DNA of 64,000 nucleotides from Eledone cirrhosa (taxonomy: Eukaryota). This document shows, one piece after another, positions 16,885-31,092 of this stretch. Both the position numbers and the translations under genes were made by a program. Below the pieces are notes generated by a model, which did no database searches, was not told where the DNA came from, and saw only the letters and a list, made by a program, of their open reading frames with translations. The stretch covers positions 40,672,001 through 40,736,000 of the forward strand of contig OZ024757.1 of the NCBI GenBank assembly GCA_964016885.1, in the 5' to 3' direction. Each line of letters starts with the position of its first letter. Position 1 is the first letter of the stretch.

Positions 16885-17347
16885 TATTAAAGATACTATT
16901 TATAGTTATGTATGTATATACTATACTATAAACAACTATAAACAGGGAAGGTCAGTAATGTATTACTACCTTATTACCAGTAAGAGAAATAGCTCAATGT
17001 AAGAACATCAGTTGTTTTACAGAGCAGTAACATAGAATACACAAGTATCAAATTTATGTTTAAAACATTTAATCGCTGACAATTGTTTCTTCCAAACTTA
17101 AGCTTGGGTTCCTCGGAGCATTATCAATGTTTGTACATAAAATTAACCTCAGCTGTTGTCCACAGTTTCATGTTTAAGTGAAACTGTTGTCCACAACATC
17201 AATATATATGTATCTGTATGATTCTTCAGATGAATAGGAGGTTAATTATATGTACAAGCATTGATAATGCTCCAAGACTAAGTTTGGAAGAAACAATTGT
17301 CAGCGATTAAATGTGTTAAACATAACTTTGCTACTTATGTATTCTAT
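16885..17347. mobile_element. Fold-back element (inverted arms about 17032-17150 and 17238-17347) flanked by (TA)n
   Basis: aatcgctgacaattgtttcttccaaactt and ggagcattatcaatg are mirrored by cattgataatgctcc and aagtttggaagaaacaattgtcagcgatt. Modules recur, rearranged, at 18695-18860. Confidence 0.8.
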
Positions 17348-17735
17348 ATATATGTATATATATTTATATATATTTATATATATATATATAAATATATGAG
17401 TTCATGATTTGGGAGGGATTTGGCTGCTATGACTACGAAGTCAATTATCGAAAGCAAGGTCATATGGTGAAATTCGGTGGTCACTAAATACATACATGCA
17501 TACGTATTCTTTTGAGATAAGACAGTCATTTGTGTGTGATTTGAGGGTGATGTCGTTACTATTACAACGAGAGGAACCTACTACACCGTGGCATAACTTC
17601 TGTTCAGAAATAAATAAATATATACATATATAAATATATAGTGATATTGTAGAGACAGGTGTGTGTCATTTGAGGCTGATCTAGTTGCTATTACTTTAAG
17701 AGCATGTACTACACCATGATCTCCATTTTCTTCTC

Positions 17736-17788
<53 letters not shown>

Positions 17789-17824
17789 TATATATGTATA
17801 TGTAAATATATATATATATATATA

Positions 17825-18027
17825 ACGAAGGAAATGTGGTAAGGAACCAGATGGACCATAACGCACCAGAGTACTCAATACTTAGGGTAGTAGAGTTGGT
17901 AATAGGAAAAAGTAAGACCCCGACGGCAGAGTTCAAGCCGTTTCGACGGCTATTTCTGGACTGAAATAGCCGACAGAAATAGCCGTCGAAACGGCTTAAG
18001 CTCTGCCGTCGGGTTCTTACTTTTTCC

Positions 18028-18030
<3 letters not shown>
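17825..18030 (+). mobile_element. (TA)n-embedded repeat family ending in a palindrome (17902-18030), copy 1
   Basis: ataggaaaaagtaagaccccgacggcagag...gccgtttcgacggctatttctg followed by its reverse complement. Relatives lie at 24400, 45471 and 51382. Confidence 0.85.
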
Positions 18031-18075
<45 letters not shown>

Positions 18076-18283
18076 GTGTGGTTACAATCTTTACAAATTA
18101 TCCCCTGTATCTGTTTGATATGTTTATTTTATATATATATGGCATTCGGTTTTTAATGTAATGTTAATAAATGCTCGGATCATTATTTGGAACCTTTGAG
18201 CTTATTCAACAGGTGATATGGCGTATGCTTCTGATATTGTCAGACATGGTATCATATATATATATAAATGAAAGGTATAGAAA

Positions 18284-18312
<29 letters not shown>

Positions 18313-18314
<2 letters not shown>

Positions 18315-18404
18315 AGAAAGACGAACACAGATATATACATATATGTTTTCAAATCGTAAGGGACCAGATTCGCTAAGGTGAAAAGTATACTAACTATAGA
18401 CAAT
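18313..18404 (+). repeat. Short dispersed repeat adjoining (TA)n; inverse copy at 37218-37308
   Basis: cgaacacagatatatacatatatg...caaatcg.aagggaccagattcgctaaggtgaaaag.atact..ctatagacaat is present at both loci. Confidence 0.8.
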
Positions 18405-18606
18405 GGGGTTTGCCTGACTCAATTTAAGAATAAATCAAGAAAATAAATAAAAATTGTGGTAACTATTTGAACACATATATGTATATATATGTGTTCCTCT
18501 TCTTTTATATTAAATTATAATATACGGCGCGGAAAAATCTCTTTCCTAATTCTATTTTATTGTAAGAGACTATTTTCAATTTCTAACTCAATATGCTGTA
18601 TACCTT

Positions 18607-18692
<86 letters not shown>

Positions 18693-18922
18693 GAATTATA
18701 CAATTATCAAAGTTGCGTTCAAATCAATTAATAGCTGACAATCGTTTCTTCCAAACTCTCGTTTGGTATCATCTCTTACTGGTAATAAGGTAATTAAGAA
18801 ATTACTGACCTTCCTGTTTATAGTTGTTTATACCATACACATAACTATAAATAGTATTAATATTATATATATATATTTATTTATTAAATTAAACAGATTT
18901 TAGTCTTCAAATTTATTATTAT

Positions 18923-19004
<82 letters not shown>

Positions 19005-19019
19005 TGAGAGAGATCTTTC

Positions 19020-19058
<39 letters not shown>

Positions 19059-19211
19059 TATAGATAGATAGACATATGCTGTTCATCTTTTATGTTTTGT
19101 CACGTGGGTTGAAGGGCAGGTTCTCTCAGGGATTGTCATTAAATCTACCGTTATAGTTGTGTGTACTACTATTATTGTCCTTATGGTTGTTGTTGTTGTT
19201 GCTATAGTAGG

Positions 19212-19297
<86 letters not shown>

Positions 19298-19807
19298 TTA
19301 AAAGAGACCGAAGCAATTTTTTAACAGAGATTTTGGTCTGGGATACGTAACAGGGATAACTTCCTCATTAAACCTCTTTCACTGAAATGACATCTATTGT
19401 GACGAATTATTTCTACTGGAAATATCGAACCTACAGAACAATTCACAACTGGATGACAAGGTTCAGCAAGTCACGTGAGGAATACGAGAGTAATATTAGG
19501 AATATATAAAAAAAAAACTAAAGTTACACTCGTGAAATTGAAGAGGCCGTTGTGTTTTATAACAATACAAATGTCATACATATCTTCTTTAAGATATGGT
19601 GGAAGGGAATATACTCGCATGTCGAGGTTAGTTTTGTAGCTGAGCAAAACAGAAAGAAACCACACACACAAACACATACACACACTAATGTTCATACACA
19701 CAAACTAACATACACTTTACATATACACACACACATATATATAGGTATGTATATGTTCATACGTGTGTGTATTTGAATATTTATACACGCAAACTAACAT
19801 ACACTAT

Positions 19808-19903
<96 letters not shown>

Positions 19904-19944
19904 TTCAGGTTATCAATAATGTAGTGATAATATATCGTTACGTT

Positions 19945-19996
<52 letters not shown>

Positions 19997-20291
19997 ATTT
20001 GAATATTTATACACGCCAACTAACATACACTATACACATACACACACACACATATATATATATGTTTCTGTATTTCAATATGTGTAAAGAAGTATATAAA
20101 TATATCTAAATATATGTATACAAATATATATTTAAATGCATGTGTATACATACATGTACATACACACACATCTATATATATATGAATATGTATCTATAAA
20201 TATATATATCTTATTACATACATATATTTATAAATATGTGTGTGGATGTATTTATACATACACAAAAACACACACATTTATATTTGAATAT

Positions 20292-20404
<113 letters not shown>

Positions 20405-20532
20405 TGTATATACAACTAATTATATGTGTACATACAAATACATACAGACCCATATATATATACATATATAATATATATATATATATGTACATACATATAC
20501 GTACACACACGCATACATATATATACACACAC

Positions 20533-20611
<79 letters not shown>

Positions 20612-21279
20612 TATATTATATACATATATATGTATATATATATATATGTGTGTATATATACACTCGTTCATATTAATGTGTATATTATCATGTTTCCAAT
20701 CAAATGTTTCCCAAGTGACAAATAAAACAAATAAAGAAAAAAACACCACCACAAACTTAACGAAAAAACACTCAAAAATGAAACTAAATTATAATACTCG
20801 ATGCTGTTATTCATTTAATTCAATTTTAATGTGCTATTTGTTCTTACTGCTGCTTCTATTTAAACCCACAAACCTTTCCCATCACCCATCCTCTTACTTC
20901 AATCCTTGAAAGTATTTCACAATTCAGTTTCAACTTTATATACAATGGCAGTAAATTGAATTGATTTGAAATATACTAAATTAATTTCATTCATTTATAA
21001 TTTACAATTATATGCAAGCATCGAATCAGTTAATATTTCGTTAGCTCTATCTAGGCTGACGAATATAGATTGAGATATCTTGAGGCCGTTATCAAAACTA
21101 ATTGCATCATTAATATATAGGAATATATTTATTGACAAGGTAAAAGGCTCATTCAGTAAATCGTATCTTGCAATAAAATGCTTGCTTGCCAAATAAATGT
21201 TGATTTTCGTCCTTGGTGTGAAACAGCAATCGTATTTTTAATGTCATATATATCTGTGATTTTGTGTCATATATATCTG

Positions 21280-21750
21280 TGGTTTAGTGGTTAAAGCGTT
21301 GACATGGGCGTATATTCATGGGATTGTGAGTTCGATTCAAGTCCCAGAAGATGCGTTGTGTCTGAGTAAAATATATACCTCTTCAGGTCTGAATACAACA
21401 GATTTCTTCCAGGTTCCAGAGGACAGAGAAACTGAGGACATGAAAGTAGAAAGAGATATAAATGAAGAATGGACTCCAGTACTATACTGGTACTTTTTTC
21501 ATCGACCTGAATGAAAGTAAAAGTTGACCTAGACAGGATTTGAACTCAGAGAGCAAGGAGTAGAAACGAATAAAACAAATCATTATAACCGATGTTCTAA
21601 TGACCTTATTAATTTACTTCCTTCCCTAGTATATCACTGGTACTTTATTTTATTGACCAATGGAAGACGAATTTGACTCGAAATATTAAGAGCCACAACA
21701 AATATCTCAATGGTGTGTTATACGAGACTCTACCAAGTCTACCAATCCAC
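21280..21750. mobile_element. Cluster of degenerate SINE pieces (tRNA head on +, Meta-SINE bodies on -)
   Basis: tggtttagtggttaaagcg...gagttcgattc at about 21280-21340; ctggtactt...atcgacc...aaagttgacc...ggatttgaactcaga at about 21487-21550. Confidence 0.65.
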
Positions 21751-22221
21751 GACACTTCTCACATAAATAATTATTTAGCAGACATATTATCTCAACTTAT
21801 ATCAACATATATCACATATATCATAATAAGTTACTTTGTATTAAACTAAGAAATATTATACAAAATCGTTGTCACGTACTACTCAAAATTTTTCTTTCAT
21901 AATATTTTTATTATTAATATTATTATTAAGATATATATTTTTTTTTTTACTGTAGATTTAATTCCATGTAATAAATCACACCAGCGTCTATTATTCCGAC
22001 AACAAAATTAATTATATGTAATAATAATAATATTATTAATAATAATAATAATGATAATAATATTAATAATAACAAAACTTATAATATATAATTGCACAAT
22101 GCATAAAAATTGTGTGTATCGTTTTTCATGTCATGTTGTAAATTGAATATCTTCCTATCTTCCTATCACATTTACTGTAAAATATCAACCAAAAAAACGG
22201 AAGAACAAAAGAATATGAAAA

Positions 22222-22286
<65 letters not shown>

Positions 22287-22367
22287 TAATAATAATAATA
22301 AATATTATCAGATGTTTATAAGTAATATCAGGTTTTAAATTTCATAGATTTTCATTATTATTATTAT

Positions 22368-22842
22368 CTGTCTGGTGGCCATGGCAAAAGAGATAGTATG
22401 GTGGACACGTTTGAAAGGGCTGAAGACGAGCACTTACCTCTTCGGTGATGCCCTGATTAACTTTTTGAAATTTCATTTGAAAAGGAAAATCAGGGTAGAG
22501 AGGGAAGTGCTCTCTTCCCAGCATTTTGTTGAAAGATGGGTGAGAGAAGCAAGTATGGCCCGAGGGAATGGGCCTACTCTGAGTATGTGTCTGTAAATTA
22601 AAGGTGGAAAACTGGGAGAGGGCACTTGCCCTGGTGGTCAGGGTCACTGTGGCCTTTTAATGGGCTTTCTCCACAAATGTCCCTCAGAAGTCTCCCCCCT
22701 ATTGGGGAATTTTTCATTGTTATTTTTTATTACATCCTCTGTTTTTTTTACACGCAGAAATGCCCATTTGTACCGTCCTGTATTGTCCTGTACTGTCCTT
22801 AATGTCTACTTTATGTAAACCCTTGCGGTTAATAAAGAAAGC
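22368..22842 (+). mobile_element. 5'-truncated Tx1/L1-type LINE: ORF2 C-terminus (stop at 22596) plus 3' UTR, inserted in (ATT)n
   Basis: AMAKEIVWWTRLKGL...IRVEREVL...ERWV...MARGNGPTL is homologous to the 52586 ORF end. It ends cccttgcggttaataaagaaagc and has ATTATTAT on both sides. Confidence 0.88.
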
Positions 22843-23047
22843 ATTATTATGTTTGTGTATAATGAAGTAAATTCAATATGAAAAAGATAAAAGAAACGAA
22901 AATAACATAATTATACATACATGTTTACATGCTATATACAAAAAAGTAAAATCTAATATATATATATATTTATTTATATATTAATATAAATATATATGTG
23001 TGTATATATACATATATACACACACACAACATATATATATATATATA

Positions 23048-23151
23048 CAGGGTGTCCCAAAATATGTATTCATACTTTGATTACCTACACAGGCAATATT
23101 TATATTCATTAGAATGAAGTTGAAGTGTATATACATTTTTGGGACACCCTG
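23048..23151. mobile_element. Tc1/mariner-type MITE
   Basis: TIRs CAGGGTGTCCCAAAA / TTTTGGGACACCCTG with a TA on the left. A degenerate relative lies at 42967-43043. Confidence 0.85.
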
Positions 23152-23220
23152 TGTATATATATATTGAATTATAGCGAAAGCTACATGTAGTTCTTCATAA
23201 ATATATATATATATGTATAC

Positions 23221-23265
<45 letters not shown>

Positions 23266-23266
23266 C

Positions 23267-23376
<110 letters not shown>

Positions 23377-24233
23377 CTATCAAATATTATTGTATTTCTA
23401 TCATATATTATATTTAAATGTCAACTTAAACTAGTTTTATAGAATGGAGAATGGAAACCTAATGATATTTCGTCTCTGTTAAGGTTTATGTTTTGTAGAT
23501 TACGTTGACAAAGCTTAAGTCACGCTCCAATGCCGCTGATACGTTAACCTATACATATCACCTCGAGATATAATTACTAACATGGGAAACTTTACTTCCG
23601 CAGGCGAATCTTAACTTAACTAACATTATAAACTAGCAGTGTGATACTTGTGTTATTTATTTAATGATCTCAGATTGGGGAACCATTTTGTTTTACAAAG
23701 TTGTTTATAGAAATATCAAAACACATTATTACAGGGAACGAGAAAAAAGAATTAAACAAAGAAATATAGGGAGAGATAGAAGGAGCGGCGGCAGACACTA
23801 CACCTGAGTCTCATAAGTTGCAACTGCACGCTGTGAACAAAATTGCACACGAATTACCACCGAAAATGGCCACATACACGCTGTAACAGTTATATCCCAC
23901 CTCGCAGGGCTCCTTTCTTAATTGAGCTGCTGTATTTCCGATTTTACGGCTGAAACGAGCAATGGAAAGAACGAGGACATGAGAGATCGTGATTGAAACT
24001 CGCACAAAGAGTAAGCCATTGATCACGCCCAGGTATTTGGCTATATTCCTCGATTCTGTGGTAATGTGGGGACCAAGGTGACCAGTGGTTTCGAAGGAAA
24101 CCAGTACAAAGAGGAAGCGGTCGGTCACGCCCAGGTATTTAATCATCTTCATCGCTTCTGTGGGAGAACCTTGAGCTGATTAATAGCGAAACACGCGTTC
24201 CTACTCAATAAACGTAATAGAAACATATATAAA

Positions 24234-24292
<59 letters not shown>

Positions 24293-24353
24293 TAAAATAA
24301 CAGATTAAAGTTTAAGCAAAGAATCGCTGCTTTCACCCTTAACGGGATCTTAT

Positions 24354-24391
<38 letters not shown>

Positions 24392-24399
24392 CAAAGGAG

Positions 24400-24529
24400 T
24401 TGTGACGCACCAGAGTACTCAATACTTAGGGTAGTAGAGTTGGAAATAGGAAAAAGTATGACCCCGACGGCAGAGCTCAAGCCGTTTTGACGGCTTGAGC
24501 TCTGCCGTCGGGGTCATACTTTTTCCTAT
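24400..24529 (+). mobile_element. Copy 2 of the 17825 family, ending in a perfect 40-bp-arm hairpin
   Basis: Arms 24446-24485 and 24490-24529 are exact reverse complements around a TTTG loop. Confidence 0.9.
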
Positions 24530-26443
24530 ATATATATATATATATATAGGGTGTCAAATGATTAAAATAAGGCCGTTACATTTTTCGTTACGCTTGACAA
24601 TTCGATTGCCATCAAAAGAAAAATATCCAGCTCCACTCCACCCAACCCCACCTCCAATGATGTTAATGTCACAGAGAAGAAGATGTACTTAGTTACATTA
24701 AAATGAATATATAAAAACAAAATAAGGATTTGTGGTGTTCGCGTCATAAGTACGTTTGACAGCACGTGATCAACCGTGGGTATTTCGCTGATTGATCTCG
24801 TTAGAGAAAAAATCAATAAAAAAAAATATGGGTTCTTTTTTTTTTTTATTAAAGTATCAATTGGCTTCAAATTTACCTTGTCATAATGCTTCAAATATTA
24901 CCTTTAAATTATTCAAAATGCCCTAGTAATATGCACCCTTCATGAATAAAAAAAATTATGAGGCATGCTGTTATTATTTTTTGATATGTGGATCGGTAAA
25001 TAGGCGGGGTTCTTAGATGGTGGGGTAGAAAGGTTTGTGGTATTCATATCGTCATTATTCGCTGCCTGAGTTCAAATCCTGCCACGGTCAACTTTGATTT
25101 TCATCCATTATCAAAGTAAGAACGTGTCTTGTTTGTCAGGGGAAGAGGGATAGGGACAGTATGCCTCTCTCCCTCCTTCTTTATCTCTCTCTATCTCTCG
25201 CCCTATTCTCTCCGTCTTTCTCACCACCCATCTCTCTCCCTTCTATCTATCTCTTTATCACTCTGTCTCTCTCTATTCTCTCTCTCTATCTATCTATCTA
25301 TCTAACTCTCCCTCTCTCTCTCTCTCCGTCTTTATCACCGCCCATCTCTCTCTATATATGTCTATCTATCTGTTTGTCTATCTATATCACTCTCTCTCCC
25401 TCTCTCTCTCTCTCTCTCACTCTGTCTTTCTCACCGCCCATCTCTCACCCTTCTATCTCGCTCTCTCCCTACTAATCAATCAAAACCTCCCTGGATAGGG
25501 GGAGCAGCTCCGCTCCTGTTCAAATACCCAGTGTATCGATGCCACAATAGCTAGGCACCGTCAACAAATCTAGGTCCATAACAGACAGACAGAAAAACAG
25601 ACAGGTAAAATGTGTTTGCCACTTAGGAGGCAGAACCTAGTTTTGCTGTAAGATGAAAGGGGGCTTAACTATTGAAGGTGTCGTAGGGGCACCATCATTA
25701 TACACACTGTGTCATAGACATTATAACTCTCTTAATTCACTGCCATTTTTTCTATCTCTCTATAACACACCACGCCCTCACACCAACATCTCCTTCACCA
25801 TATCTCCCTCACACCACCACCACTGCCACTTCCCCAAACCCCGCCTTTTCCCACACACACTACCACCTCTCACCTCCACACGACACCACCATGTCTCTCT
25901 CATACTACCACTCCCCGAACACACCATCATTTCCACTCACAACCAACCACCCCTCATCGCCACACACACCACCACCACTCCCTCACCCCACCATCTCCCT
26001 CTCCACCTGTCCCTCACACACCACCACGTCTCTCTGTCTCTCTCTCTCTATGCCCTCCCCTCTCTCTCTCTTTCTTCTCCGTTCTCAACTTGACATACAA
26101 TAGGAAATTAAATGGAAACAATTTTTAAAAGAACTGGACAGAAATAACAGCACAACTGGAATCATCCATGCTGCCAAAATGGTGGAATATGGTGAGAAAG
26201 GTCAACTTAGGTTCCACGTGCTAATACAAGTATTTCCCTCTTGCCTTTGTTCCAAGCTGGAAACTTCTATCATTTCAAGATATGGCCACTACCGAAGCAT
26301 GTGAGAAATGGAGTAAAAACTCGATATAAAACCAATGAAACTAACCAACAAATATTTAAGTATTGTTTCCCTTTGTGGAGTTCTTCCGGAATTAAAGACT
26401 ATGGCAAATATATGTATATATGTATATATATATACATACATAG

Positions 26444-26488
<45 letters not shown>

Positions 26489-26601
26489 CATGCATGTTAT
26501 AAATCATAAATATGTGTGTGTATAAATTATATATATATATATATATACATATATATGTATGTATATATATATATATATATTTACATAAATATATGTATGT
26601 A

Positions 26602-26707
<106 letters not shown>

Positions 26708-27597
26708 TGCGTACAACCGTATATACACACATGTACAAATAAATATGCAATCATACATATATGCAGACATATATCCCTCCCTTCATACATACATACGTAG
26801 CTTATTTAGGGGTAAACGTGTAAGTAGAATTTACGGAATACTCAGCCATATGCCCGTTACGAGAAGGCTATTGCGTTCTTGCAACATAAGGTGTATATCA
26901 CACACTTTCTCCGAGTGTGTGAGGGTGTGTGTGTGAATGTGTGTATGAATGTGTGTGCGCGTATGTGTGTGCGAGTGTGTGCGAGGCTGTGCGCGTGTTT
27001 ATTAATATATGTGTGAATGTGTGTATGAATGTGCGTGTGTGTGTTGTAGTAGTTGCCTTAATGACATAAATATGAGAAAAATGCATGAAGAAACAAACAA
27101 AGTGTAAAATATGTAGAGAAATAAAGATGGCTGATGGAAAATATAGCAGAGATGAGTAGGAGGAGCGGGGAAGGGGGGATATATGGCGAGGATGAGGGGT
27201 GGAGGAGGATGGGGAGGAGGAAGAAGGTGGTGGTGGTGGTGGTGGTGCTGAAGAAGAAGAAGAAGAAGAAGAAGAAGAAGAAGAAGAAGAAGAAGAAGAA
27301 GAAGAAGAAGAAGAAGAAGAAGAAGGCGACGACGTAGACGAAATAAGGAGGCGGAGGAAATTAGATTATCGGAGGAAAGAGATTGATGTAGAGATCAAGA
27401 GATTGAAACGGAATAAACGAATAAAGAAATAAGAGAATAAGAGAATAAGAGAATGGAGATTGGAGAATATGTGAGAATGTGGTAGAGAGATAATGGAGGG
27501 TAGATTGTTATATATGTCGAGGGTGGAGTTATAGGGCGGATTGTAAAGAAAAACAGACGTGGGAATATGTATATAAAGGCATATATACGTTTAGGTT

Positions 27598-27668
<71 letters not shown>

Positions 27669-27783
27669 AGTTGATAAATGAAACAAAACAAACACAGGTA
27701 GGCGAAAATACAAAGTCATATATATATTTATATATGTATATTCATATGTAATTATATATATATATATATATAATTATCTCCAA

Positions 27784-27960
<177 letters not shown>

Positions 27961-28324
27961 GTGAGGAAAGAAAAAGAGAGAAAGCGAGAAAGTGAGAGAA
28001 AGGGGGAGAGCGAAAGAATAAGAAGTGTTCAGTGAAGGAGAGCAGCGTGATACGACACGAAGCAAAGTGATAGAGGAAATGGCAGGACAAGTAGGAATGG
28101 AAAAATGGTAAATAAATTGAGTGAATCCTAACAAGATATGGAAGAAACGAAGCCAGCGAAATTGAAGCAATGAAAATATTCATGTCTAACGAAAACGACA
28201 ATCGAGAAGAGATTGATTGGTTTAGAAGACATTGTGGAAAGAGGCATAGAAGAATATGACGGAAACAGCAAATATAGACTTAAATCTGCTAGAGTGAGCA
28301 CAGTTAGAAATGTAATGACTATAT

Positions 28325-28680
28325 GATGTATATATTTATATGTATATATAGTTATATGTTTATATGCTTATATCTATATATGTTTATGTGTATATATGTT
28401 TATGTGTATATATGTTTATATGTCTATTCTATATGTATATATGTTTATCTGTATATATGTTTATATGTTTATATATTTATATGTTTATATGTTTATATGT
28501 TTATATGCTTATATGTATATATGTTTATCTGTATATATGTTTATGTGTATATATGTTTATATGTCTATATGTGTATATGTTTATCTGTATGTATGTTTAT
28601 ATGTTCATGTTTATATCTTTATATCTTTATATGTTTATATGCTTATGTGTTTAAATGTTTATGTGTTTATATGTTTATAT
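28325..28680. repeat. Degenerate (ATATGTTT)n-type repeat
   Basis: Direct reading. Confidence 0.85.
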
Positions 28681-29389
28681 ATTTCTGTGACTGTCTGCGT
28701 TTTTGATAGAAGAGGGGCAAGAATTATAATAAGAAAGTTTAAGCCATAAAATAGAGAATCTTTGTTTATTTATGGGGGGTGTTCCTAGATTTAATGTTGT
28801 TAGAAATAAGTAGCAAGTTATGGTTAAATTATTCTCATTGGTTATTGATGGTGGTGGTTGTGATTGTGGTTGTGGTTGTTGTTGGTGGTGGTGGCTGTGG
28901 TGATGGTGGTGGTTGTGATGGCGGTGGTTTGTGGTGTGGTTTGATTTATATGAGGGATGGTTTGTTATTGAACCTTTGCCAACAACAACAACATCATAAT
29001 AACCATCATCGTCATCATTATTATCATCGTCATTATTGTCGATAATAATAACATCAGCATCATCCTCAGCATAATTGTCGTCGTCATTGTCATCATCATC
29101 GTCATCATCATTATCCTCATTATCATCACCATTATCATCGTCATCATCATCATCGTCGTCGTCAGTGTCGTCGTCGTCAGTGTCGTCGTCATCAATATCA
29201 TTATCATAATCTCCATCATCATCATCACCATCATCATTATCATCATCATCATCATCATCATCAACATCACTGTCTCCATTCATATAAATATTGATGTCCG
29301 CAACGCCAACATCCACGCCAATACCGCCGCATCTCCAAAAGTATTTAGAGCAACACAAGTACATAGACAGAACCTGCAAACAAACATGC

Positions 29390-29537
29390 ACAAAAACATG
29401 GCTTAGTGGTTAGAGCATTGGGCTTGGAATCGGAAGGTTGTGAGTTCGATTCTCGGACAGGGTGTTGCATCGTGTCCTTGAGTAAGACACTTTGTTTCAC
29501 GTTGCTCCAGTTTGCTCAGCCTTAGAAATGAATTGCG
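29390..29537 (+). mobile_element. tRNA-derived SINE with CORE-like domain
   Basis: A box TGGCTTAGTGG (29399), B box GAGTTCGATTC (29442), then gtgtccttgagtaagacacttt, which resembles the CORE motif GTGNCCTTGGGCAAGTCACTT. Confidence 0.8.
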
Positions 29538-30814
29538 TGGTCACCACTAACACACACATTTAAACACACACACACACACACCAACACACACACGCACTCC
29601 CATACCAACACACTCTGAAAGTCACACACACACACCAACGCACACACTCCACCGCACTCACATACAAACACACACACCAACACACTTTCAAAGACACACA
29701 CACAAAAACACACACATACAAACACACACAGCCACACCAACACATTCAAAGACACACACACAGAAACATTCACAAACCTTCAAAGTCACACACACCTGAA
29801 CACACACTTAAACACACTTTCAAAGACACACACGCACATAAACACACACACACACCAACAAACACGCTTATACACTCACTCAGCAACATACACTCACTCA
29901 CCACATAACTGGCATTACGCAAGCACAATCCGAAGCACGAAAAATGATTCAATTTTTAATGTGATTTTTGCTCGCTTTTCACATTTTACATTGAAACATT
30001 ATAGGGAATGAAGCAGTAAAGTCAACTCTTTCAAATCCAAGATGACACAAGATAAGATATGTCAGGAACGACCCCTGGATCACCTCACATATCTTATATA
30101 ATAGATATATATGTGGTGCTATTAAGTTAGACACGGCCTGGGCGAATACTGGCCAAAAGCTATCAAAGTTATCAAAGTTATGGGTATACAGAAATAGCCG
30201 AAACTCCTCCATCTGAATATAAATAAAATAACAGTAATAACATAAATATTATTGAAATCAAACTATACTAGAGGTTTTCAAAATTGCCGCTACTGCCTCT
30301 CGTGGGCTTTGAGAAGGTCCAGGGGGCACTGAGGCCTTAGAAGGTGTTGGGTCCTTAGGGGCAGTAGAGCAATGAGACACATTGGATGGTACGGAGAGGT
30401 TATAAGTGTCACTCTATTCATGCAAGTGAACACGCCCGTAAGTGTGAAAACATGCCTTGCGATCTTTCTTCTACTTAACAATCTACCAAGGGCCAGATTC
30501 ATCAAATTTTCGCAACTTTAGAGACATCAGTTTGGTACCAGAACAATAAAAGTATTTAATATCGCTTATAAGGAGTCATAGTTACTTTGCTTTACAAGTA
30601 TTTCGGCCTTTGGTAGGTAAAGGCCGAAACCCTTCCATGAAGAGGTGTAGGCTTCTTCTCTGAAGATGTTCTACTGTCCGACTATACAGAGGGTTTCGTA
30701 TGTATGTAAGTATGTGTGTATGCATGTATATACTATTTATGTATTTATGAATGTATATACCTATTTATGTAAGTATGAATGTATGTATGAACGTATGTAT
30801 GAACATGTATCGAC

Positions 30815-31092
30815 CTGAAGGTCCACCGGGTTCGAAACATACTTTAAATAGGTGATGGACTGGTGTCCTTTCCAGAGGAGTGTCTTGTTCCCTCAGTCAT
30901 TTCATGTGAAGAAAACTGGGACAGGCACCATCCTAATGAACCCCAGGCTTAGAACAGACTTTAAACCTTTGATGGATTGGTGACTTGTCCAGGAGGTGAG
31001 AGTCTTGGTCTTGTATACTCATTCACTTAACAGCAACGAAGCCGAGATAAGCTTCGGCCTAATGACCCTCAGAACTTGAGACAGACTTTAGA
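30815..31092 (+). repeat. Diverged tandem units of about 115-125 bp resembling a SINE/LINE 3' tail; related tandem at about 56110-56378
   Basis: gatgga.tgg...tccag...gaaac.g.gataag...cctaatga...cagacttta is repeated. ccgggttcgaaac.tacttta is shared between the two loci. Confidence 0.55.

Noticed and set aside
28675-29391. 238-aa Asp/His-rich ORF; also the Thr-rich ORF at 9110 and the Ser-Pro ORF at 43830
   Set aside because: Made of degenerate (CAT)n, (GGT)n and (ACC)n trinucleotide tracts; no recognisable domain or supported splice structure.
30290-30545. Possible decayed retroelement coding fragment
   Set aside because: It has multiple stops and only a vague motif resemblance, so it cannot be assigned.
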